Positions 51,471-64,000 of a stretch of DNA of 64,000 nucleotides are shown piece after piece. Source of the DNA: Ancylonema sp. (lineage: Eukaryota); the NCBI GenBank assembly GCA_050230475.1, contig JBFLGF010000147.1:1-64000 (forward strand), read 5' to 3'. Under the pieces are notes generated by a model. The model had not been told where the DNA came from and did not search any database. It saw nothing but the letters and a program-made list of their open reading frames with translations. Positions within the stretch are counted from its first letter, which is position 1; every line of letters begins with the position of its first letter. The position numbers were made by a program, and so were the translations under genes.

Positions 51471-52669
51471 CTTTGAGGTTGAGCAGAGCTGGGAATAGTT
51501 CGATCTCTGCGTCGTTTCCACGAACGAACGCGGGTAGGAAGGTGTCTCGACCCCCGTTTCTTGGAAGATGGGATTTTGGCGTTGGCAGCTTCTTTTTCGA
51601 TGCCGGAATTCTAATCACCGATTGTTTCCCAACATCTAATTGGATGAAGCACAGAGCAAGTCAATCGGTATGGGTTTGACCAATGATAAGAGAGCTGAGT
51701 AGATCCAGTCACATGAGTGTGGGCCCCACAATTGGAACCCTCGAAGATAACGTATCACGCGAGCTGGACCACGTCGATATTCAGGCCAAAAGAGTTCGGA
51801 CCGTTTTGCAAGCACTAGTGTCTGTCGCAGATGAAGTCGCAGCAACTGTGGTCCTATTTCAAAGAATTATCCAGGGGCGGTCACATCTAGATAGGTCGGA
51901 AACAGTCGATGCCTGATTACTGTACTAAAGTTGTGGAGCCGATCCGGTAAAGCGTCCATGGAGTTCGACCACATAATTCTCGTAAAGGACCACTCACATA
52001 GGCTGCGTTCGTTGTATTACAAACATGTACTTTGCACTCCACGCCAATCAACCTTCTTCACACGATGTTTTCTCAGAATCAATTGTGTCACTTCTGTCGT
52101 TCCACACTGGACAAAGCTAACTGCGCCTATCATTATCTGCCATGACAGAAAAGCTAAAGTCACCGTACACATTCGTAATCATTTAGCCTGTACTGAAGTG
52201 CACACCATTCGTCCGGCACAGTAACGCAAGAGAGGCCAGCGCATTCCCCAAAGGCACACGCGCCGTTCACGGGTCCCTAGGGCCGACGTTGTAGAGATGT
52301 GTCGCTGTCCCCGGAACGCTTCACGTTGCCACGATGACTGTCGCTGGACAAGATTCTCCTGAGGGCTCCTGTCTATTCATTCGTGTTCACCATGCGACAG
52401 ATTTCCCTCGCGTCGCAGACAGCACGTTCGCAAATATAGGGCGTATATGGACCGGGCGGCCGATTGGAACTGTTGCGGGCCCCGGCCTTGACGAGGCTGA
52501 TATGCGCAGAATGGCGGTTGTAGGAAATTATAATCGCTGCCTGGGTCGATTCTACCGGATGCACACCGCCTTTGTTACAGCTGTAAAACGGACCGGTAAG
52601 ACTGCGATTTTGAAGTTGCATATGTAAAAGTGGTGAAAGCCTGGCGGTCGCGCTTTCCTGGGAAGGGCG

Positions 52670-55260
52670 ATGTCTTCGTTGAGCAGAGAACTCGTGTTTC
52701 TGATTTTGCAATTTCTCGATGAGGAGAAATTCAAAGAAACGGTTCACAAGTAAGGGATGCAAAAATTAGGTCGCAGGAAAGATCATGTCTCTTACAGCTT
52801 TCCACCGCTTGTTTTCGGTACTATCGATGATTTCCTTACAATGCCGCTTAATTCTCATTCTTAGCCTTGCGATGTGCGTCACACGTGCATGTCTGAATAC
52901 CTTGCTAAGAGCCCTTCACATGATCATGATGCAGGCTTGAACAGGAGTCTGGCTTCTTCTTCAACATGAAATATTTCGAGGACCAAGTGCTCGCAGGAGA
53001 GTGGGATGAAGTTGAATGGTATCTGGTGGGCTTCACCAAGGTGGATGACAATCGCTATTCAATGAAGATCTTCTTTGAGATTCGCAAGCAGAAGTATTTG
53101 GAAGCGCTGGACAAGTAAGTCTATCAGTATACATCGCTTCGCACACGGGACGATGACGATGAACGACACTGATTGACAGGAGTAGCTAGCACCTAACCTG
53201 GGCATGCCTTCAGACATGACGTGGGAGTGAAACGACTCGCTGATTCAAACTGACGGCTTCGAATTTTCGGCTGTGTTCTTTGGTGCCGTACCTGACCTCA
53301 ACGTTTGTCTGTTTCTGTCGCCTGCAGACAGGATCGAGCGAAAGCTGTGGATATTTTGGTGAAAGACCTCAAGGTGTTCGCGTCCTTTAACGAAGATTTA
53401 TACAAGGAGATAACGCAGCTCCTTGCCTTGGACAACTTCAGGTCATTCCTCGCACCAGTGAACCACGGCCTGTGGCCTGTGGCCTGTTTCCTTACGCGCC
53501 TGACAGGTGTATGGTACCATCAAACGAGAGAGCGGGAGAGCGGGATGGGGTGATCGCGCTCTCCCGCTCTCTCGTTTGATGGAAGGACAGACCTCGCGCC
53601 ACATGCTCTGATTGGCTGCCAATGATCTGGTGGCCTCTGGGGTGGCTTACAGGCGTAGATACTCTCGAATCTGCTTTCTGCCCTCGAAAACTCAGCTCCA
53701 CCCTTCCTTTCCTCTTCGTTTGCAGAGAGAATGAGCAGTTATCGAAATATGGCGACACCAAATCTGCGCGGAACATCATGCTCCTGGAGCTCAAGAAGCT
53801 GATCGAAGCCAACCCGTTGTTCCGCGAGAAGCTCCAGTTCCCGAACCTCAAAGCCTCTCGCTTGCGAACTCTCATCAACCAGAGGTACATCGCACCAAAA
53901 TCCGGTCAACCCCCCCACCACCAAAGCTGGCACCACCTCACCCATACCAGCGTTCACACAGACCTTACAACCCCCCAGTAGTTGCACACCTCCCTAAAGG
54001 CAACTCCGGTAAAGTATCTCCAATAATATCAACGGCTTGCTTGCATGTGGTTGGACCCCCACCCATCCCCCCATCCCCCCATCCCTGTGCAGTCTGAACT
54101 GGCAGCACCAGCTGTGCAAGAACCCCCGCCCCAACCCTGACATCAAGACCCTCTTCATCGACCACTCCTGCGGCCCTGCAGTGAACAACGGCAGGGGCCC
54201 CGGCCCCAACCCCGCGCTCTCAGCAGTCCCGAAACCAGATCAGCCCTTCCCTCTGGGAGTGGGACCGCATCCGGTACATACCTTCCCTCGTTTGTGGCAC
54301 ACTTGCCCTTCAGGATATTGGGTGTAACCAAAAACTGTGGAAGAAGAACATTACCATCGCAGTAGCCTCACCCCCCCCATCCCGTTTTCTTCCCCCCCCC
54401 CCCCAGTCCATGCAGCCCTTCCAGCCCTCTGGCCCCTCGGTTGGGCAGCTGGCTGGATGGATGAACAGAGGGCCTCCCCCAGCCCACAATGCCCCCCCCC
54501 CCCCCGGATTACAGCCCCCTGGCGGAGGTGAGAGCCTACTTGTAGACCCAAGGAGAGAGGGGGGGAGGGGGGACAACACATATTTCATGTAACATGTATT
54601 TGCGATAAAAGACGCCATGGGGTGCCCATAACGGAGCGTAATGAGAGCCTTGGTATCCGAGGATAGGGTGAGCGGAGGGAGGTGATGTGGCAGCTGAGCC
54701 TGGAAATAGGGGTATCTGGAACCACGATACACTTGAATTTAGGTTTATCAGAATTCAGGGGTCTTTGAACTGGGAGGTTTTCGAAGTCGAGGACAGGGTG
54801 AGGGAGGGTGGATTCGGGTTCAGCGGAAGAAGAAGGGGTGAAGAAGTGATCCGAGCAGCGACCGAGTCGTGTTCCTGTGCATACACCCCTGGAGCGACCT
54901 ATAGATTTTTTGGACGACCCAGTCGTCATTCACTCCTCATATACCGTCCCCCCTCCACCTCCTCCAGCAGGTCAGGTTCTGAAGCGTCCTCGCACCCCCC
55001 CTGGTCCCAGTGGGGAGTACGGGGGGGGGGAGTCTGAGCACCTTCTGAAGCGGCCACGGCCAGGGGTGCCGGAAGAGATCCACTACATGCCCAGCCGGCC
55101 AGAAGAGGTCTCTATCCCTGCCTCTCTGCCTTGCCTGCCTTTTGCCATTCTGCCTTCTCCTCTCTCCTGTCCGCAAGTGTCCTGGCGACGCCACCTGTCA
55201 CTCCAACACCACCCCGACCGCCCACCTGCGTTGCTTCTCGCAGATAGCCGCGGCCCATGC

Positions 55261-55292
<32 letters not shown>

Positions 55293-58200
55293 TGGTAGGG
55301 GGGTACTCTGCAGAGGACCTCCCCAAGAGCGTGGCGCGCACGCTAACCATGGCCTCCTGCGGCATGACCCTCGACTTCCACCCCTTCCAGCAAACCCTCC
55401 TGCTTGGTAACATACCCCCCCCCTCTCTCCACCTACACCCCACCACCTACAGCCCACTAGCTACAGCTCAGTAGGTTTGGATGAGTGGGTTTAGGTGAGT
55501 GAATATGGGGGCCGTTTGTTGATTACGCGTGCGCTAGGATGCAGCCATTTCACAGTCGAAAGTACGGTATAGGAGAGTGGGGCGGGTTGTGAACACCTCC
55601 CTTTCCTCCCTGTGCCGCAGTGGGCACGGACAGCGGGGAGGTGTCTCTGTGGGAGGTGGGGTGGAGCGAGAAGCTTGTGGAGAAGCCGTTTGTGTTGTGG
55701 GAACCGGAACGATGCTCCCCCCAACTGGCCGCCATGCTGGCAAACGACCCCACCATCCGAGTGAACCGAGTCGTGTGGGAGCCCAACGGGCTGCTCTTCG
55801 GTAACACCCTCCTCCCTTCCTCACCCACAGCTGCTCATCTATGGGGGGGCTGGGGGGGTTGGGGAGTTGGGGAGGTGGGGAGTTGGTGGGCAGGGATTGT
55901 TCAGAGGCTGGCAGGCTTTGTGTGTCCCACAGAAGTGTGCTTGTATGAAATGAGAGCTAGGGGTTTAGTGTCGGGGGTTTGGGTTTGGGGGTTGGGCTGA
56001 AGGAGGGTCCCATTTGGGTTGGGGTTTGGGGTTTGGGGTTTCAGGGGCGGCATTTTCAAAGCATGTGGTCCAAATCTTCACCTACCAGGCGCACCACACC
56101 GTAGAGCAGCACCTCGAGGTACGCCACTCACCTGGTTGGTTCCGAGGACGGACTGACAGCAGGCTTTTCTGGCTGGGAATGACAATGGCACCGCACAAAC
56201 CCTCCCAAAAACCTCATCTGGAGCAAGATGATACGATCATGAGGTATGAGCCTGGTAGAGGAGTCACTCAGTCACTGCACACAAGGAGCATGAGTGTAGG
56301 AGGTGAGGGTGAAGGATCCACCCTCGCTCGCTCAGCCCCTCCCCCCCCCCTCCCCCTTTTTCCAAAAAACACCCCTTAAAAAAACTCCGCTTTTGCAGGC
56401 AACCTCATCCCCTCCCCTCCCCTCCCCCCTCCCCTCTCCTCATCCACCCACCCTCCCCACCCTCTGCCCCCCATCCAGATCGACGCCCACGGCGGCGGCG
56501 TGAACGACCTTGCCTTCGCCCACCCCCACAAGCAGCTGTGCGTGATCACGTGCGGGGATGACAAGAGCATCAAGGTGTGGGACGCAGCCACAGGGCGGTA
56601 GCAGTACACCTTCGAGGGCCACGAGGCGCCCGTGTACTCCGTCTGCCCGCACCTCAAGGAAATCATACAGGTGAGAGGGGAGGGTGGAAGAGGCGGAGGG
56701 GGGAGGGGTGTCTGGTGTGCCAACGCTGCTCTCATTGTGGTGTGCGTCGATGTCGTTGTTATCACCACTTTCGATCTTCTTCTTCATTTTTGCTTCCTCT
56801 TCTCCTCCTCCTCCTCCTCTCAGTTCATTTTCAGCACGGCCATCGACGGCAAGATCAAAGCGTGGCTGTACGACCACCTGGGTTCGCGTGTTGACTACGA
56901 CGCCCCCGGCAAGTGGTGCACCACCATGGCCTACAGCGCCGACGGCACGCGGTCAGTCACGCACACACGCATACACGCATACACGCACATACGCATACAC
57001 GCATACACGCATACACATACACTCATACACACATACACTCATACACACATACACTCAGACACTCATATATTCATACACGCATACACGCATACACGCATAC
57101 ACGCATACACGCATACACGCATACACGCATACACGCATACACGCATACACGCATACACGCACACACGCATACACGCATACACGCATACACGCATACACGC
57201 ATACACGCATACACGCATACACGCATACACGCAGAAATGTACGTGTGCATATACATATGCACATGATACATGTACATATACACATACATACAGATGTATA
57301 CGTATACATGCACATTCCTGTGTATGCATATATGCATGTACAGACAGTTATGTGTACTTATGTCTGTATGTACGTCATGTGTATGTGTATATATGTATTT
57401 ATATGTGCACCTGAATCTGTTCACAGCTACATATTAGTGTACATACACATACTTATGTGCGTATTTGTACACACCCATGTGTGTGTGTACCAAAGTATAC
57501 CTCAAGCACTGAAGCACTAGAGCACTGGAGCACTGAAGTACTGGAGCACTGGAGCACTGAAGCACTGAAGCACTGAAGCACTGGGTGCACTTGTGCACCA
57601 CGCATACTTCAGCCTCTCATGATCTCCGCCCCTCTCCACCTCTCATCCCATCCCATCCCATCCCCCATCCCCCCTCCCCCCTCCCCCCTCCCCCAGCCTG
57701 TTCTCCTGCGGCACATCCAAAGATGGCGACTCCTCTCTGGTAGAGTGGAATGAGAGCGAGGGCGCCATCAAGCGCTCGTACAACGGCTTCCGGAAGCGGT
57801 CGCTGGGGGTGATCCAGTTCGACACCGTGCGCAACCGCTTTCTGGCGGCAGGGGACGAGTTCCAGATCAAGTATTGGGATATGGACAACACCGCCGTCTT
57901 CAAAACGCTGGATGCAGACGGGGGCTTGCCGGTAAGAGGGGGGGAGGAAAACATACGAGTGGTGGGGGAGAAGGGGTGGCCACCTCTTCGATTATAAGCG
58001 CTTCAGGATGGGAAAAATGTTGAGGAATATGGCAGCTACAACATCAGTAGGCAGGTAGAATGGAAGGGGGGTTCTTTGAGACTTGGAGACTTGGAGAGTG
58101 GAGAAGGGGAGAGTGCAGCAGCTTTGTGGTCACAGGTTTGCACAGGGGGAGTGGGATGAAGAGAGGGGGTGTGAGGGAGTGTGAGCGGTGAGCGTGGGGA

Positions 58201-61200
58201 CATGAAGCAGTGCTCTACAATATGGTGTCGGTGTGGCAGGCTAGTCCGCGTGTGCGTTTCAACAAGGAGGGGTCCCTGCTGGCAGTCACCTCCACCGACA
58301 ACGGCATCAAGATCCTGGCCAATGAGCAGGGAGGGAGGCTGCTGCAACACTTTGAAGCCGCACGTGCTGCGGATCGCAGTCTGGGGAAGGTGCCCCCTCC
58401 TCCTCCCCCTACTCCCCCTCCTCCTCCTCCTCCTCCTCCTCCTCCTCCTCCTCCTCCTCCTCCGCCTTTACAACCAGGGTCACCAAAAAACAATGTGAGA
58501 AGAAGAGAGGAGATGGTTCAGCCGTAGCAACAAAGAGCTAAAAAACCAACCCTGCATCTGGTCTGATGCCGGCCTAGTACCCCTTTCTTACCCCTCCCCA
58601 CCTCTGCCGCTTCCTTACCCCCTACAGGGCCCCGCATTGAGCAGTGGGCAATGCATGGTCCCCATCCCTGTCCCCAGCCCCGGGCCAGATCGACCCCTCA
58701 TGCCACCAGGAAAGCCGCCCTCGAATCTGGTACCCACTTCCCTCTCCCGTCTCCTCTCCTCATCTCTCCTCGCCATGCGCGTGCACAGATGTGCACAGAT
58801 GTGGTCTAGTGATGTAGTACTGCAACTCACGGCTGTCCCCTCTCCCTCCAGCCTGCCAACGGAATGGAGGCATCTAAGCCCGAGGGAGCCATGGTTGACA
58901 TTTCTGACGCACAGGCCTGCCGATCCACTCGCCTCCCAGACACACTGGCAGCTAGCAAGGTACCCCCCCCCCACCACTACCCTCCTCCTACTCCCACACA
59001 ACGCCTTACTCAGACTCCCCACTCTCTCTCCTCACCATCTTTCTCTCTCTCGTTTTCTCAATCAGCACACCTAACCCCCCCCATCCCCCCCACCCTCCCA
59101 GGTTGCCCGCCTGATCTACACGAACTCGGGCGTGGCTCTGCTCGCCCTGGCCTCCAACGCCGTCCACAAGCTGTGGAAGTGGCAGCGCAACGACCGCAAC
59201 CCCGCGGGCAAAGCCACTGCCAGCTGCGCCCCCCAGCTGTGGCAGCCGCAGAGTGGGCATGTGATGGCGAACGACGTCAGCAAAGCCACGGGGAAGGACG
59301 CACTGCCCTGCATCGCACTCTCTAAAAACGACTCCTACGTCATGTCCGCGTCGGGGGGGAAGGTGTCCCTCTTCAATATGCTCACATTCAAGGTTGGGGG
59401 GGGGGGGGGGCAGGGGTGTTGGTGTGTTTGTGCGTGTGTGTGTGTCCCCCCCCCCCCCCCCTTTTTTCTTGCCACCTGTATACGCTGCACATAGGAGAGG
59501 TTGCATTGAGTAGCGGCGGGCGGTTTGGGTGATATCTGGGTTTTTTAAACAGGGAGTGGGGTTTTTGAACATGATATTCATGAATCCATGCCCCCCCATT
59601 CGTTTGCAGATGATGACTACATTCATGCCCCCCCCCCCTGCGGCCACCTTCCTCGCCTTCCACCCCCAGGACAACAACATCATCGCCATCGGCATGGAGG
59701 ACTGCAGCATTCAGATCTACAACGTAAGGCTGGACGAGGTGAAGAGCAAACTAAAGGGCCACTCCAAACGAATCACGGGGCTCGCCTTCTCCAACGCTCT
59801 GAACATACTCGTGTCGGCAGGGGCGGATGCACAGGTGGGGGAAGGGTTGGGATGGGGTGGGATGGGGTGGGATGGGGTGGGATTGGAGGGTGGAGATGCG
59901 GAATGGTTTCATTTTTATTGTCATTCTATTTCTCGACGCGAAACAAGATCTGCATGCCGGTTGTTTTGGCATCCATTCTTCAAAGCTCCTTTTGTTAAGG
60001 GCTTAGGTGAAAAAAAGGAAATGAGGATTGGTTGGAGACCAAGGAGATAAAAAACAAAACGAGGAGTGACTGTGTGTGACTCACTCCCCATACCATTCTC
60101 TCGCTTTTTTTTTTCTTTTTTTTTTCCCAATCGTATGGTGGGTTTCAGCTGGTTGTGTGGAGCACGGACGGTTGGGAGAAGCGCAAAACGCGGATGGTGT
60201 TGGGGCAGCGCGCCCAGTCGGGGGGAGGGGGGGAGACCCGCGTGCAGTTCCACAACGACCAGCTGCGTCTCTTAGTGGTGCACGACTCCATGCTCGCCAT
60301 ATTCGACGCAGCGAAGCTGGAGAGGACGCGGCAGGTGAGGACCAGGAGGGTGGGGAGGGTGGGGGTGCTGAGAGCCTGGGGATGGGGAGGGGAGTGGGGG
60401 GAGGAGGTTGGGGAGGTGGGGGGGGAAGTAGTGGAGGTGGAGGTAAGAAGTGTCTAGGGGAGGGGAGAAGGAGCACTGGCAGGGTGCAATTTGGGGGGAT
60501 CCTTTTTTTATGTTTATGTCGACATAAATAAATGGGTGACGTCAGGGATCAAGTGATGATGTCAGCGGTTGTGTCAGCGGAGCCCAGCGATGGGTGCAAG
60601 AGATGATGCGAGCAGGAATGTAACATTCCTTATTTTTGCGTCATTGCAGTGGGTTCCCAAGGAGTCGGGTTTTCTGTCCTCTGCCATCACGGCGGCCACG
60701 TATTCGTGCGACAGTGCGATGGTGTTTGCGGGCTTCATGGACGGGTCCGTGGCGATATTCGATTCTGAAATGCTGCGGCCCAGATGCAGAGTGGCGCCAG
60801 CTGTATACCTCTCCCCTGGCATGTCAAGGTACTGCCAATCATGGCCTGTACCTTTCTTGCTCCGACCATGGTTTGGCGAGGGGAGAGAGTCGGGGGTCGG
60901 ACTGTTTTCTGGTGCACATTTTTTTTACTTTTTTTTGGGAGGTTGTTTTGGGGTTTTTTGTGGTTTTTTAAAATTTTTATTGATATATTTGAAGTTTTGT
61001 TTTGGTTTTGACGTTTTGTTCAACCCCCCCTCCATCTGGAATTTTCTGGACACGTCTTGCTGTTCAGAACTCTGTGACCGTCCGCCTCAATCCAAAACTT
61101 TATCGACATCACCGCCATCTCTTACCTCCCCCCCCCCCCCCCCCAATCTCTCCTCTGCAGTATCCACCCGGTGGTTATTGCTGCGCACCCGTCCGAGGCG

Positions 61201-61398
61201 TGTCAGTTTGCTCTTGGGTTGAGTGACGGAGGTGTGTCCATTTTGGAACCTCTTGAGTCGGACGGGAAATGGGCTCCGGGGATGAGTCCAGAAAACGGTG
61301 TGCCCAGCTCTGGCCCCTCCACTGCCAGTCAGGGTGGGGCGGCGTCAGGGGAGGGTGGGAATAAAGGATTCGCCAAACTAGAACAACCACCACAATGA
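52670..61398 (+). CDS. TPL: TOPLESS/TPR transcriptional co-repressor (LisH-CTLH-CRA, two WD40 propellers), about 21 exons; in-frame TAG at 56599-56601
   Basis: MSSLSRELVFLILQFLDEEKFKETVHK, TKVDDNRYSMKIFFEIRKQKYLEALD, SLNWQHQLCKNPRPNPDIKTLF, KIKAWLYD, MTTFMPPPPAATFLAFHPQDNNIIAIGMED, AAHPSE..QFALGLSDG. Confidence 0.95.
53517..53582. other. Perfect 26-bp inverted repeat with a 14-nt spacer in TPL intron 3
   Basis: ccatcaaacgagagagcgggagagcg (53517-53542) is the exact reverse complement of 53557-53582. Confidence 0.95.
56958..57232 (+). repeat. 8-bp (CATACACG)n array in a TPL intron; a (GCACTGRA)n array follows at ~57506-57585
   Basis: Visible octamer arrays. Confidence 0.92.
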
Positions 61399-62449
61399 GG
61401 GGCGCTTTGTGTACAAAAGATAGGGCGCAACGGGCGAGGGTACATGCGGGAAAAAAGTGAGGGAATTGGTGGTGGAATAGGAGGAAGGCGGGGGGGGTAT
61501 GATAGGGGTGGTCATATCTTGAGGCTTTGTTGTGTGGTATAGAATCGTGTACTAGTACTGGCATTCACCCCATTCAATGCCTAACACATTCCGCATACCG
61601 TGTGTCTCTCCTACTGTATTCAAGCTACGACTCCTTGCAATGCATCATTCCCTTATATTTGTTACAAACGTAATCGTCATGCCATTCGGAATTTTGATGT
61701 CGCTAAAGTGCTCTAGGCTTGTCAGCTGTAAAGCGTGCGGATAGCATTGTCGACAAGGTGATAGTAATAATAGGGCTGGTCATATCTTGCGGCTTTCATA
61801 GGCCTGGAAGGCAGTTTCTGATGTTGAAAGCAAGAAGGATGGGAGGGTGGTACTGGAATTCGTGTGTGGGTCTCGGAGCGGAATGTGAGAAGTCTGTTGA
61901 AAGTCTGCGTATCGGAGTCTGCATTGCGTAGAAGGGATAAGAAATAATCACGCACTTTTTGAAAACTAGGGCATTCAGGTGTTGTGCATGTCACTCATCC
62001 ATAAATTATCAGTGGTCGATTGTGTGTAGGCCATATTGGAACTTGGTCTCAAACAGTAGCGTTGATAAGGTAGGCAACAAGAATGGTATTTCCAATACTC
62101 TTGAAGATTGGTAGTACGCCTCCACTGCCATTGCCAATGCTTCTGTGTGACGCTCTTCTCTTCCCCGTAGTTTCTATGTTGAATACCTCATCCCAAACAT
62201 AATGAATGTCTGGTTGCGGATCTCGAGCGAAGAATGTTTCACGGAGGACGTCGAACTTTGCGGGAAGTGCTCCAAGGAATGTGTGGGGGTGTTCGTCGAC
62301 CGAGATGGCTCCTCACTAAGAAGCTAAGAAGCTCGTCGAAGTTCTCCCTGATTTCTAAATGCGTCGATTCCTCCAAGATCGTCACGTCGACGAACGCTTT
62401 CCTTGCAGCTATACATTACGCGGACATCGCAGCATCTCAATCTCTGGCT

Positions 62450-63062
62450 AGTTAATCCCTTATAGCACACAAGTCTCTGTTATGCACATCGATACTCATC
62501 TTTATGCTGCCCTCGACTGTTTGTGTTTTTAGGGATGCAGTTTTTTCGGTCCTATTATTGTAGTCTTTCAACTACACTCTACTTTCTATTATTTCAGCTT
62601 GGTTTGTCACCACACCATTCGCGGTTATTGGTCCCAGTACTGTTGGTGACACATCTGCTCGACTCACTATAGTCCAGCAATCTGTGGCATCAAGGATTGA
62701 CGTGAGTTTTGCCCTCCACGGTCCGTAAGAAGCCGCGTCGTCTAACTCTCTCTTCTTTACATACTCGCGACCTCTTGCTCTGATACCACTTGTGGTGGCC
62801 ATCAGGCGGGTATCGATGCTGAATCGACGATACAAAACACTACTCAACGCAACGCATACACACTCGATATCTAATAGCCACTTAAATGAAACTCGGGCAT
62901 ACCCATGCACATACACATACGCATAGACAAAGCTTGATCACATAAAAGCCACTGAAACTCTTGGGATACAGAGAGAGTCTCTATATCCACGTAGCCGCAA
63001 TCTAGCGACACTTCTAGAGATGTTCACCTTATCTCTAAGTGGTTCCCTAATATGCCACGACA
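62450..63062 (-). mobile_element. Ty1/Copia relic: ~272-bp LTR (63062-62791), tRNA-iMet PBS and degenerate gag start
   Basis: LTR termini TGTCGTGGC...GCCACCACA; PBS TGGTATCAGAGC at 62788-62777, 2 nt after the LTR; gag-like ELDDAASYGPWRAKLTSILDATDCWTIV. Confidence 0.82.
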
Positions 63063-64000
63063 TCAATAAGTCAAGCAGATCGCTAGTGAACCATTCTGAA
63101 TCGACTAAGCAAAATCGATGATCAAATCTGACATGTTGAGCGTGCTATCGATGTCACCAAACACGTAGCATATGCCACTTCAAGATAATTTAGAATACAT
63201 CGATCCCATCCCAACCCAGCCCATCTCAATTTGCCCCAGCCCAACCCAACACCGTCTAGTATACAAATGGCATGTTGCAGCCATCTCTCACATACAGTTG
63301 GTACCGAAAAAAATCATCGATTTTTTTAGCTCTCCAGACTCAGCAATACAATGGACATTCGAACAAAGATTGTGCACTCATCTATACGTGTGAGGACACT
63401 GCACCCAGTTTTGGTTAATCTAGGTCAACTACTACAGCCCTTCAACAAAGAGACTCTGAGACAAGAAACAGTGACCTGCAATTGGTGCCCCATATCCTGC
63501 AATCCAAGACGTCTCATACACACGACAAGAATGTCCAGAATTCAGGCTCTGAATCACTTACACTCTACTAAACATGCCTTAGTGGCCTCAACAAAGTGGG
63601 TGCTGCCATCGATTTTCTATCACCATCAACCCAACCAAATCTAGTGGTCGGAGCAGCCAAGGGCATCACTTATGAGGGTGGACTTCATTCTCGTACTCTA
63701 CCCCCCAAACAAATCGAAAACATGTACAAGAGCCTCCCCTGAGCCGCATGAGCGACTTCAACGTGGGCTGATTTGATTTCAACTGAAGCAGCCTCCTCAG
63801 AGGAGCCATGAAGGTCGATAGTCGAAGAAATGGAATTCGAGACCTCGAACGAGACGATGCGGCAGCTCACTCGACTGAGATTTCCATGCCCTAGTCCTCC
63901 TCGACTGGCGTTGGTGACTGCACAGTCGTTGAGTGAGGAGATGTCAGAAACGAGGGACACGGCGGGCCGCATCAAACTATTTGGGACCGACAAAACAGAG

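Noticed and set aside
56599..56601. TAG reassigned to a sense codon (alternative nuclear code)
   Set aside because: The NRAMP gene ends with TAG at 7783-7785 at its expected C-terminus, and I saw no other in-frame TAG in the conserved exons I translated.
56575..56601. Micro-intron (GTGTGG...GGTAG) removing the TPL stop
   Set aside because: Only 27 nt, and it would delete the conserved VWDAATG residues.
63685..64000. Minus-strand ORF at the window edge
   Set aside because: Could be part of a neighbouring gene but has no recognisable motif, so it cannot be supported.

Overview
Eukaryotic, intron-rich nuclear DNA from a green plant. A streptophyte-alga-like host is inferred from the plant-type ALMT and TOPLESS genes and the G/C-tract introns; the species cannot be named from sequence alone. 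Genes: ALMT (minus, apparently missing middle exons), head-to-head with an intronless MntH-type NRAMP; PEN-2; a ~9.3-kb LST8-RPL10a-CAF1 cassette present twice in tandem; a partially duplicated, scrambled gene of unknown function; and a full-length TOPLESS gene with one in-frame TAG. Intergenic DNA holds nested transposon relics: two CRE/R2-like non-LTR 3' ends, a Gypsy integrase relic, a Copia LTR+PBS+gag, and four copies of a ~1.1-1.2-kb TG...CA element, three with exact 4-bp target-site duplications. Other points of interest are a perfect 26-bp intronic hairpin in TOPLESS, telomere-like arrays in ALMT introns and mosaic divergence within both duplications. I see no clear-cut novel system; the best leads are ranked in the findings. 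Exon boundaries and similarities were read by eye.
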